Of a stretch of DNA of 16,187 nt, positions 16,137 through 16,187 are shown in pieces. Below the pieces are notes generated by a model that saw only the letters and a list, made by a program, of their open reading frames with translations, did no database searches and had not been told where the DNA came from. Each line of letters opens with the position of its first letter. Positions within the stretch are counted from its first letter, which is position 1. Position numbers and translations under genes: made by a program. Source of the stretch: an uncultured Deferribacteres bacterium (lineage in GTDB: Bacteria; Zhuqueibacterota; Zhuqueibacteria; Zhuqueibacterales; Geothermadaptataceae); the NCBI GenBank assembly GCA_964014485.1, contig CAXHAT010000179.1, positions 1-16,187 on the forward strand, read 5' to 3'.

Positions 16137-16187
16137 CACGCGCGATAAAAAGGTTGTGGATAACTTGCACCTTGTCCCGGAGGGACA
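16137..16187. repeat. Probable start of a third palindromic element, truncated by the window end
   Basis: It begins exactly where the REP arm breaks off (CACGCGCGATAAAAAGG) and ends in the short palindrome TGTCCC-GGA-GGGACA (16173-16187). Confidence 0.45.

Noticed and set aside
15849..16148. ORFs 15849-16139 (-) and 15894-16148 (+)
   Set aside because: They are translations of the REP palindromes (LDSRLRGND, VIPAQAGIQ) and overlap the MTase. This is a typical repeat-derived artefact.
16155..16163. Perfect DnaA box (TGTGGATAA)
   Set aside because: It is a single copy inside a repeat-like element, with no box cluster, AT-rich unwinding region or dnaA/dnaN visible. That is not enough to call oriC.
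1..16187. CRISPR array, tRNA/rRNA, autonomous transposon or prophage
   Set aside because: I found no regularly spaced direct repeats, no structural RNA signatures, and no transposase, integrase or phage genes.

Overview
A 16.2 kb bacterial chromosomal segment of roughly 50-55% GC, with about 16 intact genes that are mostly unrelated in function. The left half, on the minus strand, encodes a PhyH-type Fe(II)/2OG dioxygenase, a beta-propeller phytase-like protein with a 'QNYPNPFN' C-terminal sorting domain (typical of FCB-group lineages such as Ignavibacteria, Calditrichota and KSB1), a membrane hybrid histidine kinase, an SRPBCC protein and an exported M55 (DppA-like) peptidase. The right half, on the plus strand, encodes an orphan LivF-type ATPase, a cupin, an M28 peptidase, a hotdog-fold protein, two SAM methyltransferases, a low-GC membrane ORFan, TRAP DctP and DctQ without DctM, a Gfo/Idh/MocA oxidoreductase and a solitary beta-class m4C DNA methyltransferase that resembles CTAG-specific M.MthZI/Zim. 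Features outside the ORF track include a decayed M14-peptidase-like fragment (about 1053-1442), a 126-bp MITE/REP-like element (5502-5627), and a nested cluster of palindromic repeats at the right end, part of which recurs inverted at the very left end. I see no CRISPR array, tRNA, rRNA, transposase or prophage, and no clearly complete novel system. The best leads are the low-GC membrane ORFan, the methyltransferase together with strong CTAG depletion, and the nested repeats. All family calls come from motif recognition by eye, not from database searches.
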